Assembly (NCBI RefSeq): GCF_032191835.1
Contig: NC_083224.1
Coordinates: 162,998,001 to 163,062,000 of the forward strand
DNA: 64,000 nt
DNA from: Heteronotia binoei
Taxonomy: Eukaryota
Direction of reading: 5' to 3'
In this document: positions 13,156 to 25,524 of the stretch, piece by piece
How the letters are laid out: every line of letters starts with the position of its first letter
Position numbering within the stretch: the stretch's first letter is position 1
Translations under genes and position numbers: made by a program
The notes under the pieces: model-generated
What the model was told of the DNA's origin: nothing
Database searches by the model: none
Seen by the model: only the letters and a program-made list of their open reading frames with translations

Positions 13156-13437
13156 CGTCTATATATATTAGGAAATGAATAAATGATGGCAGGATGTGAC
13201 TGGAATAGTGTTTGAGGCCCCCATGTTGGGGGGCCCAACCCCAATCACTGTCTGTGAGCAAGGGCCTGGCTCTCTAGAGATTTAAAAAGAGAATGTGGCA
13301 CCTGACCTAGTTGCAACCCAGAACCTGAGAGAGACAGAGGTTGCTGAGAGTGTAGGAGAAAGGCATCACAAGGACACATGGGGAAAAGTGATCACCCATG
13401 GCACTCATGACTCAATCTATGTATATTCATTGGAATG

Positions 13438-13757
13438 TATAATATAGTGGGTTCAACTCATGGAAGACGTGAGGTGGTAGTGATTCTCAGCTGTTTATTA
13501 GATACAGCATAATATAGGTCTGCACTATAAGACTAGCTACTGGGCCAACAGGGCCAACTATATATACATTCCAGGTTTCCGCGCTAGTGTCCTATTGGAC
13601 CATTCAAACCAACAGGGGGCCTGTAATTGAAGCAGGGCAGCAGGGATTTGGATCCTACTGCCCATTGTTCCCGAGTCCCCAAGCTCGGTCCTATAGGCTC
13701 CAATGAGACCGGCAAGAACTCCATATAATCGACACATTACCAATCACATATATAACA
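13438..13757 (-). mobile_element. Probable solo LTR
   Basis: Ends TATATAACA. Minus-strand AATAAA near 13494. GAATG on both sides (13433-13437 and 13758-13762). The left TG is ambiguous. Confidence 0.45.
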
Positions 13758-15377
13758 GAATGTCAGAATGAAGTGGACATGGATAGGGCTATCTCTTTGC
13801 AAATGGGAATTCTGAAACAGCCGGGTTCCCAGGCTCACAGAGGGAAGTTTGAATATGTAATCTTTGTATAGTAATTCTAATGAAAGCTTTGTATAGTAAT
13901 TCCAATTAATCAAATGTGAGATACAGAAAATCTTTACTACATGTTGCTATAATATTTTTCCTTTTGTGTATGTGTGATCATTTGGCTTGGAATTTATTTA
14001 TTTTTTTTACTTTCAGTAATTTAAAAACAAAACTTGATATATTGTTAATGAAACAATGATTCCTTTTCAGGTCAAACAAATAATTAACTCAAAGTCTGGG
14101 GGATCCTTTTGCATCTATATCAGTCTCTAACTTAGCTAGTACTTGGACTGCTCACTTTATGGACATACTGTCACCATACTGGTCAATTTTTACCACTCCA
14201 GCTAAACTTTCAATCTTTATAATAGTAGCCTGAGTCCAATCACATGTGCAGACAAGACATGTGGGCTTTCCTTTCTGTTCCTGCCTCTTCCTGTCCTGGG
14301 AAGATCATTCCTGGGGTCTCAGGACTACACATAGGAATGGAGGAAAGCAGTGAAATGCCCCCTCCTAGATCTTCCAACAACAAAGCTGTAAAAGACAGAG
14401 CAATTTCACCCCCTTTTCTTATCTCCTGGCAGTGACTCAACCCATGTAGTTATTCATTTGTATGGAATATACAGTCCCAGGAATAATCTCTTGGGGAGTC
14501 TGGAGAGACTGTTAGAATGGTGAGGAATAATTCAATGCATACATAGACCAGCATACCTAAAATTAAGAATGGTACACTTCACTCTAAGCACTAAAAGCAC
14601 CACTAAAAGTGCCAGGATACAACCATGGGCACACATGCTGAATGGGTGGGAAGCCAGACCATTTAGTTCAGTTCACAGTGCAGTTGTCCACCCAACCAAC
14701 TGAGCTGAGCTCCTGAGGTGTTGGCAGCACCACTGGGGCTTGATGTTCTGTGTGTCTTGCAAATATACCTCTCATCTCCTTCCCCTTTTTTTATTTGTCA
14801 GCTCACCAACGGCTTCACAGGTAGACGTGTGGTTTTTTTAAGTACTTGGGCCAGAAAAACTGCTGATCCCCATATTAAAGGGTTAAACCAATTAGAACTC
14901 TGCAAGTAATACTCTTCAACAGTGTCATGCACAAAGTACATACAATGTTGATGTCCACGGCAAATCCATTGGTATTGCCATATCTCAGCTTAAACCTGCT
15001 TCTTTCCAAATATATATTTTCCTGAGGTAACCAAGTACGGTATATATTTTTCCTGAGGTAATCTTTGGCCTGTCCTCAGTTCTCCTTTTTCAACTGTCAA
15101 ACTCTAACTGCTATTTGAGCCTCTAGTCAACAAGCATTCCAATCAGATGCATTCGCTTGACATCCTTAACAGCATTTTGCCCTATAATAGCTTTATATAT
15201 CAGCAGGGGAATCTATACCATTATATACAGTGGAGCATTTGATTACACAATCCACCCATTTTCCACTGCCACATCTATGAGAATCTACACTGTGAAGTCA
15301 TGACTACCAATGTGATAGTGCCAGTGTCATTCAAAGAGGTGTGCAGGGTGGATTGTTTTAGAGCATCTGGACCAACA

Positions 15378-16159
15378 CAGTACAATAAAGATCGGCCCCT
15401 TCCCAAATGGGCCAGCATCGCCGGCTAGAGGCTGGGGGCTGCTGTTGCCCTCCTGGAAAGAGGGAAGGCTGGCCCCGCCTCATACGGCAGCCAGAAAGGC
15501 TTGTCAGGCGTGGCGTTGGGGCTATAAAGGCCTCTGCCCTGTCCAACGTTGCACACTTGCCTTTTGGCTCTCGGCCTGCCCACCCACCCTTTGGCAGTAC
15601 AGGTTATCACCGGTTGCCTTATTAGGGGCCAGGTAGGAATTTTTTCATTTTCACAGAATTGGCCCATGTGAATTTGTTTTTCGCCTACCTTGTACTGCCT
15701 GATAGTGTTAGGAGGTTTGGGGAACAGTTTATTAGTTTGGTTGCTGGGCAGGATGAGGTATGGGCGACAGTGTTTGTTCAGGGGAGCACCTATGGCCCTG
15801 TACCAGTAGGTGTAGGTGGTCTGTATGAACTGCAGATGGGCTGTACGGCTCAATGCTGGGAGTACAGATCATGGCAAAGCCTCACTGGGCAGATCTTTCC
15901 AGAGGGATTGATGCTGGCCTAGGTGGATGTGGAGTTTGGGCCTGGCCGCTCAGCACCAGCCAGAATATTGGGCTCATGCTGGGGGCAGGGTGGCTCGCCC
16001 TCTAAGGACAAGGCAGGGTCCTGCGTTTGACCCCAGGGCTTGTCCTGTTAGGCCTATACCCCTTGCTGCTCTAGTTGATTGTTATATTTAATAAAGCGGC
16101 CCAGTTTATCCAACATACTGTGTCAGCCTCTTCATTCCGACTAGGGGGGGTGGGGCAAA
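15378..16159 (+). mobile_element. LTR-like element (solo-LTR architecture), about 780 bp
   Basis: TATA-like GGCTATAAAGG near 15521 and AATAAA near 16090. An inverted homologue lies at 18740-19341. No clean TSD. Confidence 0.6.
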
Positions 16160-16245
16160 AAAATCTATGGCTGCAATCCTAATGACACTTTCCTGGAAGA
16201 CCACTTTAATGACATGAGAAGACCTACTTAGGCTTACGTCCTATG

Positions 16246-16321
16246 AATAGTATGTTGAGTGTTTCTTAAATAGTATCTTAAGTGTTTCTTAAATAGTATC
16301 TTAAGTGTCTCTTAAATAGTA
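16246..16321. repeat. 23-bp minisatellite, about 3.3 copies
   Basis: AGTGTTTCTTAAATAGTATCTTA repeated. Confidence 0.9.
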
Positions 16322-16889
16322 AGTACAGTTGGCAGTCCTAATAGTAAAAGCTTTATTATTTGGCAGTCATGGAGAATTGAGTGAAGTGCCAGTTAATTGG
16401 AGGGGCTCAATATTCAAGTTTATTTCTCTGTCCTGCCTGCTAACTAGAAGAATTCACAGTGACCAGCCCACACCCTGCAGTAGCATCCCCAACCCCATCA
16501 CAGAGCCATCCTAAACAGCAGGAAGACAAGCGGGCCAGCTGCCTTCTGGAACAGCTGGCTCCCAACAGCAGAAGGCAGGCTCTGAGAGAAAGATAATGTG
16601 AGCCAGTGACATCAAGATGTTTCATTTGAGAGGTGGAGCCTGAAGATGCAGGGGGGAAATGGTGGCTCAGGGAGAGGAGTTTGTCTTCTGTGTAATGCCA
16701 GTTAACTGACTGTTCTCTTGATAATTAAGTGCTAGATAACAAAACTTGTACTGTATCAAAAACTAATAAAAATACAACACATATATAACAAAAAAATTGA
16801 CTTCTGAAAGATTTGCTGTTATTTAAAAACAAAATAGAGAAATATGCTTCCCAAAATAACTACAAAAATAGTCCCCCAGTAGTTAGGGG

Positions 16890-17370
16890 AAAGAACGTTG
16901 CATGTCCCATAGTGGCTGAGAACAGAAGGGCATTCTGGGGCAGCTTGGAGACATCCCATATTGGGACAGCTCTTTTTGAGCTGTCCCAATGCCTCTGCAC
17001 ACTCACCCACATGCCGCCCCCATTCTGTCTGTGCAGCGGCTGGGCGCCCTCATATGGGAAGGCGCCCCAGAAGCCAGATTCCTTTTTTTCCCCTCAAGGG
17101 GCAACTGCTCATGCGTACAAGCGCTCCAGTGCTCTGAATGGTTTATTTTTTAAAAAAAAAAACTGGGATCAGCTTGGCAGTTCCACACCACCAAGTCACC
17201 TCGCTTGCGCCCTTCCTCATCCAGATGGCACGGAGGCGAGTGACAGCTGGGTCAAAGATTTGCTACCACTTGGAAGTACTCGCTTTTGGGAGCGGTCTCA
17301 GGTGCATGGAAGACGGGGTGACGACAAGAGGAGGATGGCCGGCAGATATTGCCGTCTGCACAGATTTTTT
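16890..17370. mobile_element. Probable MITE (GC- and CpG-rich, internal hairpins)
   Basis: Local hairpins such as TTGGGACAGCTC..GAGCTGTCCCAA and GGGCGCC..GGCGCCC, with a CpG excess. Termini are unclear. Confidence 0.35.
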
Positions 17371-18136
17371 GGGTTGACTTCAGAGGCATCTCAGAGTCTA
17401 CCCAAACTGCTGGTCTGTAATCAGCCAGTGGGTACTATTTCCTTCACCTACGCAGTTCTTTTGAGTCAGCCATCTTTCAACTACTAAGCTTAGAAACAGG
17501 AACAGCCAATTAAGCTGCTGCTGTGAGATTTGTAGTTCATAAACCCCATTTTTACTTCTATGGAACACTTTTGCTTCTTTTCCAAAATATGTTTAAGTCT
17601 TTTTTTAAGCTAACAGAAGAAATAATTTAAGCAAGTGTTGCTACGACAAATGTCATGGCTGAGTCAGAAAATAATTTCATTTCAAACTACTCTTCAGGTG
17701 ATGAATCTTCACACCAGTTCTTATCAGCTGGAACTAACTCAAACCAAGGACACATCAAAAGATGATCCCAGGATTGGTGGTAGATGTGAGTCTTTTTTTT
17801 CCCCAGCAGCAATTTATTTTATTTTGATAGAGCAAGTCTACTGGAGCTTGTAATTTTCGTATTTTCAAATGTCATAATGGTGTGTGAGAGGTTAAAGCCA
17901 AGTGGGGAAACGAAAAGAAGAGACATGAAAAGCATATTAGATTATTTGTATTTGGGACCACAATGTATTTAATGGAAAAACATAATTTCAAACTTGTAAG
18001 CACTGTTATTTTCTTTCTTTTTGTTTGTTTCTTGGCAACAGAGTGTAACCCTCCCCCCTTTTTTCTTGATTTAAATAACAGCAATTCAGAAAGCCTACCT
18101 TATATTCCAAACCCATATTACTGTTTGCAAATACAA

Positions 18137-18260
18137 CCACATTTTAGAAAAGAATCTTAATGATATTATCAGAAATATATATATACAGTTATAAGGCCAC
18201 ATTTTAGAAAAGAATCTTAATGATATTATCAGAAATATATATATATATATTTATAAGGCC
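18137..18260. repeat. 60-bp tandem duplication with a (TA)n length difference between copies
   Basis: CCACATTTTAGAAAAGAATCTTAATGATATTATCAGAAATATATATATA...TTATAAGG x2. Confidence 0.95.
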
Positions 18261-18423
18261 TTTGGAGTCCAAAAACAGCTAGATGCCATTAGCTACAGAA
18301 GTTAATAAAAGTGTAAAAGTGTAGGTAAGCATCTTTGAAAGAAGTTAATAGTTGGTTTTTACTGACAGAATTCCCCCATCCCAGGAAAAAAGAAACCCAA
18401 ACATTCACATAACAGGTGATAGG

Positions 18424-18470
18424 AATTTTAGCTGGGGCAAAAATAATTTTAGCTGGGGCAAAAATAATTT
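18424..18470. repeat. 21-bp tandem duplication
   Basis: AATTTTAGCTGGGGCAAAAAT x2 plus a partial copy. Confidence 0.95.
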
Positions 18471-18739
18471 ACAAATTATCTCTTAGAGGAAAAAATAAAC
18501 AAAGCTGTTTGAAGTATGCTGAACACTATATTTTTGTAAACTATGGCAGACCAGATGTTGCTGTCTGGACAAGCATTTTAAATCCATTGGGGAAAAGCAC
18601 TGACAATGGATCAAAGTGCTTATCTGATTGCAGCCTTGATATGGTCCCTCCAGAGAAATTATTCCACTTTTTTAAAAAGACCTGATTGAAGGTCAGGGTT
18701 AGTTTCCATGAGATGGAGTTTACAGGGTCAGGGTCAGAC

Positions 18740-19341
18740 CAGTTTACAGGGTCGGGTTGTTGCTGAGCGGCCAGGCCCCAAGCCCTTCTCCACCTGGCTA
18801 GCATCAATCCCCCATGGAAAGATCCGCCCAGGTGAGGCTTTTCCGTGATCTGCATTCCCCGCACTGAGCCGTGTAGCCCATCTGCGGCTCATACAGACCA
18901 CCCGCACCCCTGGTGCTAGGCCATAGGTGCTCCCCTGAAAACACTGTGGCCAATACATCCTCCAGCCTGTGACCAAACAAACTACTACTAACAAACCCTA
19001 ACACTACAAGGCAGTACAAGGTAGGCAAAAAACAACTCCACATGGCCCAATTATGTGAAGATGAAAAAATTCCTACCTGGCCCCTAATAAGGCGACCGGT
19101 TGAAACCTGTACTGCCAGAAGGGAAGGGCGGGCGGGCAGAGAGCCAAAAACAAACTGCGCCACTCTGGGCGGGGGCGGGGCTTATATAGCCCCGACTCCG
19201 CGCCCAGAGAAATCCCCGGATGCCGGGCTGTCACTCTTCCTCTCCCTCCTTCTAGGGAGGCAAAGACGGCCCCCAGCCTGAACACCGGCGATGCCGGCTT
19301 GGCTGGGAAGGGGCCAGACCTTCCTTCTGTTTATAGTAACA
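18740..19341 (-). mobile_element. LTR-like element, same family as 15378-16159, 3'-truncated
   Basis: Minus strand starts TGTTACTATAAAC. Colinear reverse-complement match to the 15.4-kb copy; both give the spurious peptide QFCENEKIPTWPLIR / QLCEDEKIPTWPLIR. Confidence 0.65.
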
Positions 19342-21892
19342 GCATGGGGGAGGAGACTTTAGCCCCTTCTGCACATGTGCTGCAATCTAATCCCGTGAAA
19401 GAATAGATGACAACACACAAATTACACATGACCCTGAGGAAGTTCACAGTTTGGGTCTAGGGTTCCCAAACAATGAACTCTTTCGTGAGGAAATCCACCC
19501 TCACAACCACATCTCTATCCTTAGTCCTGGAACACAGGCCTTTTCAGACACTGAACTTTCAAAACTGTAGTATAGCTTCTTGACCTAGCTATAAGAACTA
19601 ATTCAGGCTGAAAGAAATGACAGTACATTACAAAATCTTTGGACCTGGCCATTATTATGGAGCCAAAGTAGGTTCACAGCAAAGGTAACACAACAGGTAA
19701 TGTAACTAATGGGGATGTTTCCCAAACAACAGTTATATAGATCTTACCACTGGAAAAGAATGTGCTGACAGGGAAGCTACTGTCCCCCGTCTTTCCCTGC
19801 TGTGCTCGCTTTCTTTCACCATTTTCCTCCCAGCCTAGCTTAAATATTAGAATTTAGATGGGCTGAGAAAAAAAAATGCTGAAAACACAGGAGCACAGCT
19901 AAGTAAGGCACAGGAAAGGGCAGAATTTAGATCCCTGTGCCTGCACGATCTTTTTGTTTCACCAATAAATGTCCCACAACCATTACCCAGCTATTCCCCT
20001 GAGGTGAAACATACACACCTGGGTCTCCCAGTAGGCAAAAGAACTGGATTATAATTCTGCAAGTTATGCCCCACCTTTACCTAATTCCTCATGTTTTTAC
20101 AGCAATGGCCCCACATGCCTGCTTAAACGTGGTGCCTATGCAATGGCATTTCATTAAGAATATATTATTTGTGCCATTCCATCATGCTATCTGTTGTTTC
20201 AGATTGCCAAAAGCTTCCCTTTGTCCATTTTTGAAAGTGAGAACTGCAAATGCCTGTAAAACCAGGAAGATTTCTCTGATCTGTCTGAAAACACAATGAT
20301 ATAAAAAAAAACACCACCCATGTGAATTGTATGCATGCCTACATCTTTTCTGCAGTGTTTTACTAATGCATACATTAATACTTCTACACATGAAGACAGC
20401 CTATATGCCCTTTGGATTTATTATAACAATAGTCATTTATAGCCCCTGCACTGTCAAATATAGATGCTTTTGAAGAACAACAGCATGTGGTCTGAAACCC
20501 AAGCTAAGGTGGCAGCTTCCTGTCCTAACTACATGACACCTTTGGCTGAACTATTAAGTGACTAATAATGCCATCCAAAGCACCCTTCTAAGCCCGCTGA
20601 ATTCAATGGGCTTGGAATGATGTAATTCTGAGTAGGATGGGCTATTGAAGAAAACTTTTTTTATTTGCAATCAGTATTCAACACCAGTACATTATAATCC
20701 TTGGTGGAACCAGTTATTCTTACCAGGAAAGATTAATCACAGAGCTTCCCACCAACTTAAACTGGAGAAAGACTTCACATTCTACTGAAAAGAATGGCTG
20801 GATCAGCTCTAGTCTCTTGCTCTTAGACATTTGTTGGAGAAGAGGATGCCACTTGCTTATTTCTGTTTTTAGATATATGCTTTTCATGGTTTTTCTGGCC
20901 ATACCTAGACATTCTATAAAAATTCTCCCCAAAAGTTTTTTTTTTTTTTTAAGTTACCAAGAGAGACTGACAGCAATAGGATTCACTAACGACAAGTGAC
21001 TTGCAACTTAAAAAATGCGTTGATTGAAAAGGGCAGCTTGGCTTAGAGTCTGTAAAATAAAATATCATCCAAATGATTTTAAAATGTCTGGCAACAGCCA
21101 GGCAGATGAAGCAATGCCAGATTTTGTGCTTCCGCATGTGAACATGTCTCTTCCTCTCCTCAAGAGAAGTTGACAAGTAACACAAATTCCAGGAAGAATA
21201 ACACATTCGCCATTAAGAAATCATTGCTTTCAAAACAAACTTGTCTCTGAAGCACGTTCTTATCACATCACTTGTCAGATAGATCAGTTAAGAGAATAAC
21301 CCCTGGTGATGTCCCTGGGCAAAGAAAAAGGACAGATTTCTCCCCTCCCACATTCTAATTCAACTTTGCCTTCTTTTTTTGAGACAGCATGTCTTAAGCA
21401 GTGCCGCATGTCAAAGCAACCCTTCACTCAACTGTACACAAACTAATTGTTTAGAAGACTCGAAACTTGACAGAGAAGCCCAAAGAAAGAAACAGGAGTA
21501 TACTCATAGCAGTCTCATTTGGTATGAAATGGAAAACTGTGTAACTTTGATCACTTTTTCTTTCAGTAACTCAATTAATGACTAAACCACCTTGAAAACA
21601 CTGATGTGTCCTCAATCCATCCCCACATTAAGCCCTAAACTCCATGAAGTCTAAAATAATATGTGAGGTACAAATGCAACAGGAGGCTTCCCAGCAATTG
21701 CCAACCAGAACCTCAGGAACAGGCATAAGGAATTTGGGAGGAATTCAGGGAGAGGAATGTGCACCAGCATTGCACAGGCATGCTTATGTTACTTATGGTT
21801 ACAAGTGGAAGAGTCACAGTTCATTGGATCAAGTTGGGAATGACAGGAGTTTCCATCCAGGGGCTGGCTGAGAAATGAGGCTCAAAGGTCTG

Positions 21893-22774
21893 TATGACTG
21901 CCCTGCACCACTTAAGGCGACTTTTGGCAACCCCAGCCCCTCTTTCAGCCTTTGTTTCTTCCTTTTCTGTTTTACCTCACGACTACTGAGTAAAGGGGGT
22001 GGGGTATAATAAAGATTTCTAGTCTCTTCGGGGTTCTCTTTTATTTTCAGATAGATGGATAACTATGTATGTAGGGGATCACTGCTGATTTGCTGCTGAT
22101 TCCAAATACTCAGGAACCAGAGAACTTAACAGTTAGCCACAGATTTTTATTTATACACAGTCTTCAGCTGGGGGGATGGGATGTATTTACATAGGCTATT
22201 TTGTATCTTGGATGAATAACAGTTGCTAAACAGTTCAGGCTTCACAATACAGAGTTTCACTGAGGTATCTTAGGGTCCACAGTTCTTATATTCTTCACTC
22301 TCCACACTCTAATTAGGTTGGCCTCTAGGGCTTTATGTGCCTGGTCTCTTGAGTCAACTGGTGTGTCTGCTCCCAGCCCTCCTGACTCCCTCAGACCCAC
22401 ATCTCTCCCTCAGCAACCTTGGTAGTTCTTAAGAGTAGTGTAAATATTTCTGTAACCACTCAGGTATTTCACTGTGACACTCGATTGTCACACTCAGCCA
22501 CCTGGCTGTCTCCACAGAGCTAACAGCAAGCTTCACTTCACTAGAAGTCTCTTCACAGCTCTCTGTATCTGCTCTCTCCTCACCTCTCCTGCTGACAATA
22601 TACTGCCCACTTCAACTGTCTCCCTCTGACAGTTGCTGACAGTTGACTCTCCAGCCGTTATCTGTCACTCACTCATCCTGAGAGGTCCGAGCACTCCGGC
22701 CCCCACCCTCAGATCACATGACTCAGACTCCCTGAGTCCTTAGCTTTTCTATTAACCCTTCCAATTCCATCACA
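21893..22774 (-). mobile_element. Solo LTR, about 880 bp
   Basis: Termini TATGA (one mismatch from TGTGA) and TCACA. 5-bp direct repeat GTCTG at 21888-21892 and 22775-22779. Minus-strand AATAAA (TTTATT) motifs. Confidence 0.6.
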
Positions 22775-24754
22775 GTCTGTTTCCTTAATTTATTATAAAT
22801 ACTAAAACAAAATAAAGAAATAATAGGCTTCCATTGTCAACTGTGCAGAATAGCAAGGAAAATAACTGAGACAAAATTGTTTCTCAAAATTCTATTTTAA
22901 ATATCTTTTTAAAAATATCTATTTTAAATAAGATTATGGATACTTGCCAGATGTTCTCTGAATATCTGTCCATTTGATATATGTATTTTCCATTTAGTAA
23001 TAGTGATTATTCAGCAACTGATAACTGACAATATTTAATACTTGATGTGTAATGTCAGTATTTGACAACTGGAATAGCTGATATGCATTGATGCATCACA
23101 GTGGTTCGCCATTTTCAAAAAATGCTTCCTACATCAGGAAGGCTAAAGAATCTTTGCATGTTTGTCACAGGACACCTCTGCATGGTAAAGAATTCTGGAT
23201 ATGTTCTAACATGTATGTTCATATCATGTTAGGCTTCATTCATGACCATTAAGTTCATGTCCATTAAGAACAGAAAATACAGAACATACACAACATTCCC
23301 CTGGGGCTCTCCATGCAAAGGATGATTGGTGGCGATGGGCAAAGCTGTGTTTCAGTAAATCTTGTCCACCATTACTGATCTTCTCCTTGAAGAAACCCCT
23401 GACAAGCTTCCCCCCCCCCCGAAGAAAATTAAACCTCCAGTACATCACATCTGACAGTATTAATCACTGGCATGCAGTAGGAATGAATATTTGACAGTTT
23501 TCACACGTAATTCTATTTTTAAAATTTTGCAGCAGTTAATAAATAACATCCAATAATATTTAGTACCTGACATAATTTGACAGATAACATGTAATGTCAA
23601 TTAGTATTTGATAATCACAGAGCAATCCCCAGCAGACTTATACCTTTCTAAGTTGACTGAAACCAAGTAGCTTAGAAAGGCACAACTCTTCCGATAACAG
23701 CAATGTAACCCTGTTTGAAATTACGCCAGTCTATGAAAATAATGGACTTAGACTGGAGTGAGCTTGCACGGGGTTGCACTGTAAGAGCAGGAGGAAAGAT
23801 GGGCTGGAACTAGCACTTTGGAATTTCACCCACAGCTGGATGTGAACTGCGGTCTTTGTAGCTAAGTGGCATGTTAGAAGAAAAGAATGCAAGGAAAAGC
23901 TCAAGCCCTGAAGTAGTACAGGGGTAAATGCCTGCAGGACTGGACGAAGCAGGAGGTTGTGTGCCATTAATAATAATAAAATATATTATTTATATAGTGG
24001 CTACATCTAGACTCTGTACAAACAGAATAAGTGAAAGAATCCTGCTGGCTGGCCTATAAAACAGAATGAAAGGGAAGAGGTGAAGGCACAAGAGGGAATA
24101 GTGGGGGAAGGAGAGGAAAACAGTTAAGGTGCGCAAAGTACAGATTTTTAAGCACTGTATATACACAAGGATAGAAGGAGTTGTAGGAATGCAGACAGGA
24201 TTTTTTTATAAAGAAAATGACCAGGCCAGATAAAAAGGCATCAAATGATTAGTAAAACAGAAGATAATAGTAGCATGTCACTAGAACGAAGGAACTGAGG
24301 AACGACATGGGGAGAAGCATGATTCAGATCCCGAGACAAGACATTGTTTGATATTATGTGAACTAACCTGGGGGGGGGGGGGCAGGCAGAATCCTTGGTC
24401 TTCAATTTCCCTCCTGCTTCCTTTTGCATGTGACTCCATATGTAAAGAGGTCCATTTTCATGGCAAACCATGATTTGTTTGACGCACGGCACAAACAATG
24501 GGTTGGCGGGACAAGCACAAAATGTAGTTTGTAACTGAGATAAAACAGCATGCAGTGTTTCTTTGTGAAAGCAGCAGCATTTTGTGATTGAGCCACACTC
24601 AGACAGGAATCTAGATCGAATGGCATACGGAAAACACATGTATGCTTGCACTGTCACTTGGGAAATATGGGGGGGTTGTACTTTTTTTGCTGTCAAGTCA
24701 CAGCTGATTCATGGTGGCACCCCCCCTCCCCAGGGTGTTAAAGACAAGAGACAA

Positions 24755-24855
24755 GAGGTGGTTTGCCATTACCTGGTGGCCTCTCATCCAAATTCTAACC
24801 TCACTTAGCTTTTTAAATTGGATGAGATCAGGCAGCCTAGGCTATCAAGCCCAGC
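24755..24855 (-). mobile_element. 5S rRNA-derived SINE fragment (5S-Sauria-like)
   Basis: Reverse complement CCTGATCTCATCCAATTTAAAAGCTAAG...GGTTAGAATTTGGATGAGAGGCCACC aligns to 5S CCCGATCTCGTCTGATCTCGGAAGCTAAG...GGTTAGTACTTGGATGGGAGACCGCC. It is followed by Sauria-SINE-like GGCAATGGCAAACCACCTC. Confidence 0.65.
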
Positions 24856-25163
24856 TATACACAAAAATCTGATTCTTAACCTTTAACTAACAAAAGAGGT
24901 TTCTCTGGACTATTTTGCCTTTTTGTTGCTGTATTCTTAATCTATCATGTCCACATGACATGCTGTTTATAATTGGTAAAAAGGCAGCCTGTCCCAACTG
25001 GGATAAATTTAGGCACATGTACTTCTACACTGCATAACAGTAGTTGTAGATCTGAGGTGGGGGCGACCTATTGTTCTATATGCAGTCACATGACTCTTAT
25101 CCTGTATTGTGGTGTAAAACTGCTCTGATTGGCTGCCTTTGCACACTCATGACAGTAGTATAT

Positions 25164-25524
25164 AAGAAGAAGATGACCACAGATTTATACCCTGCCCTTC
25201 TCTCTGAATCAGAGCCTCAGAGCAGCTTGAGACCTTGGAGAGCCGCTGCCAGTCTGAGTAGACAATACTGATTTTGATGGACCGAGGGTCTGATTCAGTA
25301 TAAGGCAGCTTCATATGTTCATATGTACAATCTTCTTTATCTTCTTCCTCCACAACAGACACCCTGTGAGGTAGGTGGGGCTGAGAGAGCTCTTACAGCA
25401 GCTGCCCTTTCAAGGACAACTCATGTGAGAGCTATAGCTGACCCAAGGCCATTCTAGCAGGTGCAGGTAGAGGAGTTCTCCCAGATAAGTCCACAGACTT
25501 AACCACTACACCAAACTGGCTCTC
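25164..25524 (-). mobile_element. tRNA/CORE SINE (Squam3-like) with internal CR1 tail
   Basis: Same family as 49711 and 55213: head GAGAGCCAGTTTGGTGTAGTGGTTAAG and (TCT)n tail. Carries an extra segment of about 97 bp. Confidence 0.85.
25229..25325 (+). mobile_element. CR1 LINE 3' tail
   Basis: GGAGAGCCGCTGCCAGTCTGAGTAGACAATACTG...TAAGGCAGCTTCATATGTTCATATG, ending in a short tandem tail. Confidence 0.7.

Noticed and set aside
16813-17487. 224-aa ORF
   Set aside because: It runs across a GC-rich probable MITE and a poly-A run, has no recognisable domain, and starts at TTG. It is a chance ORF.
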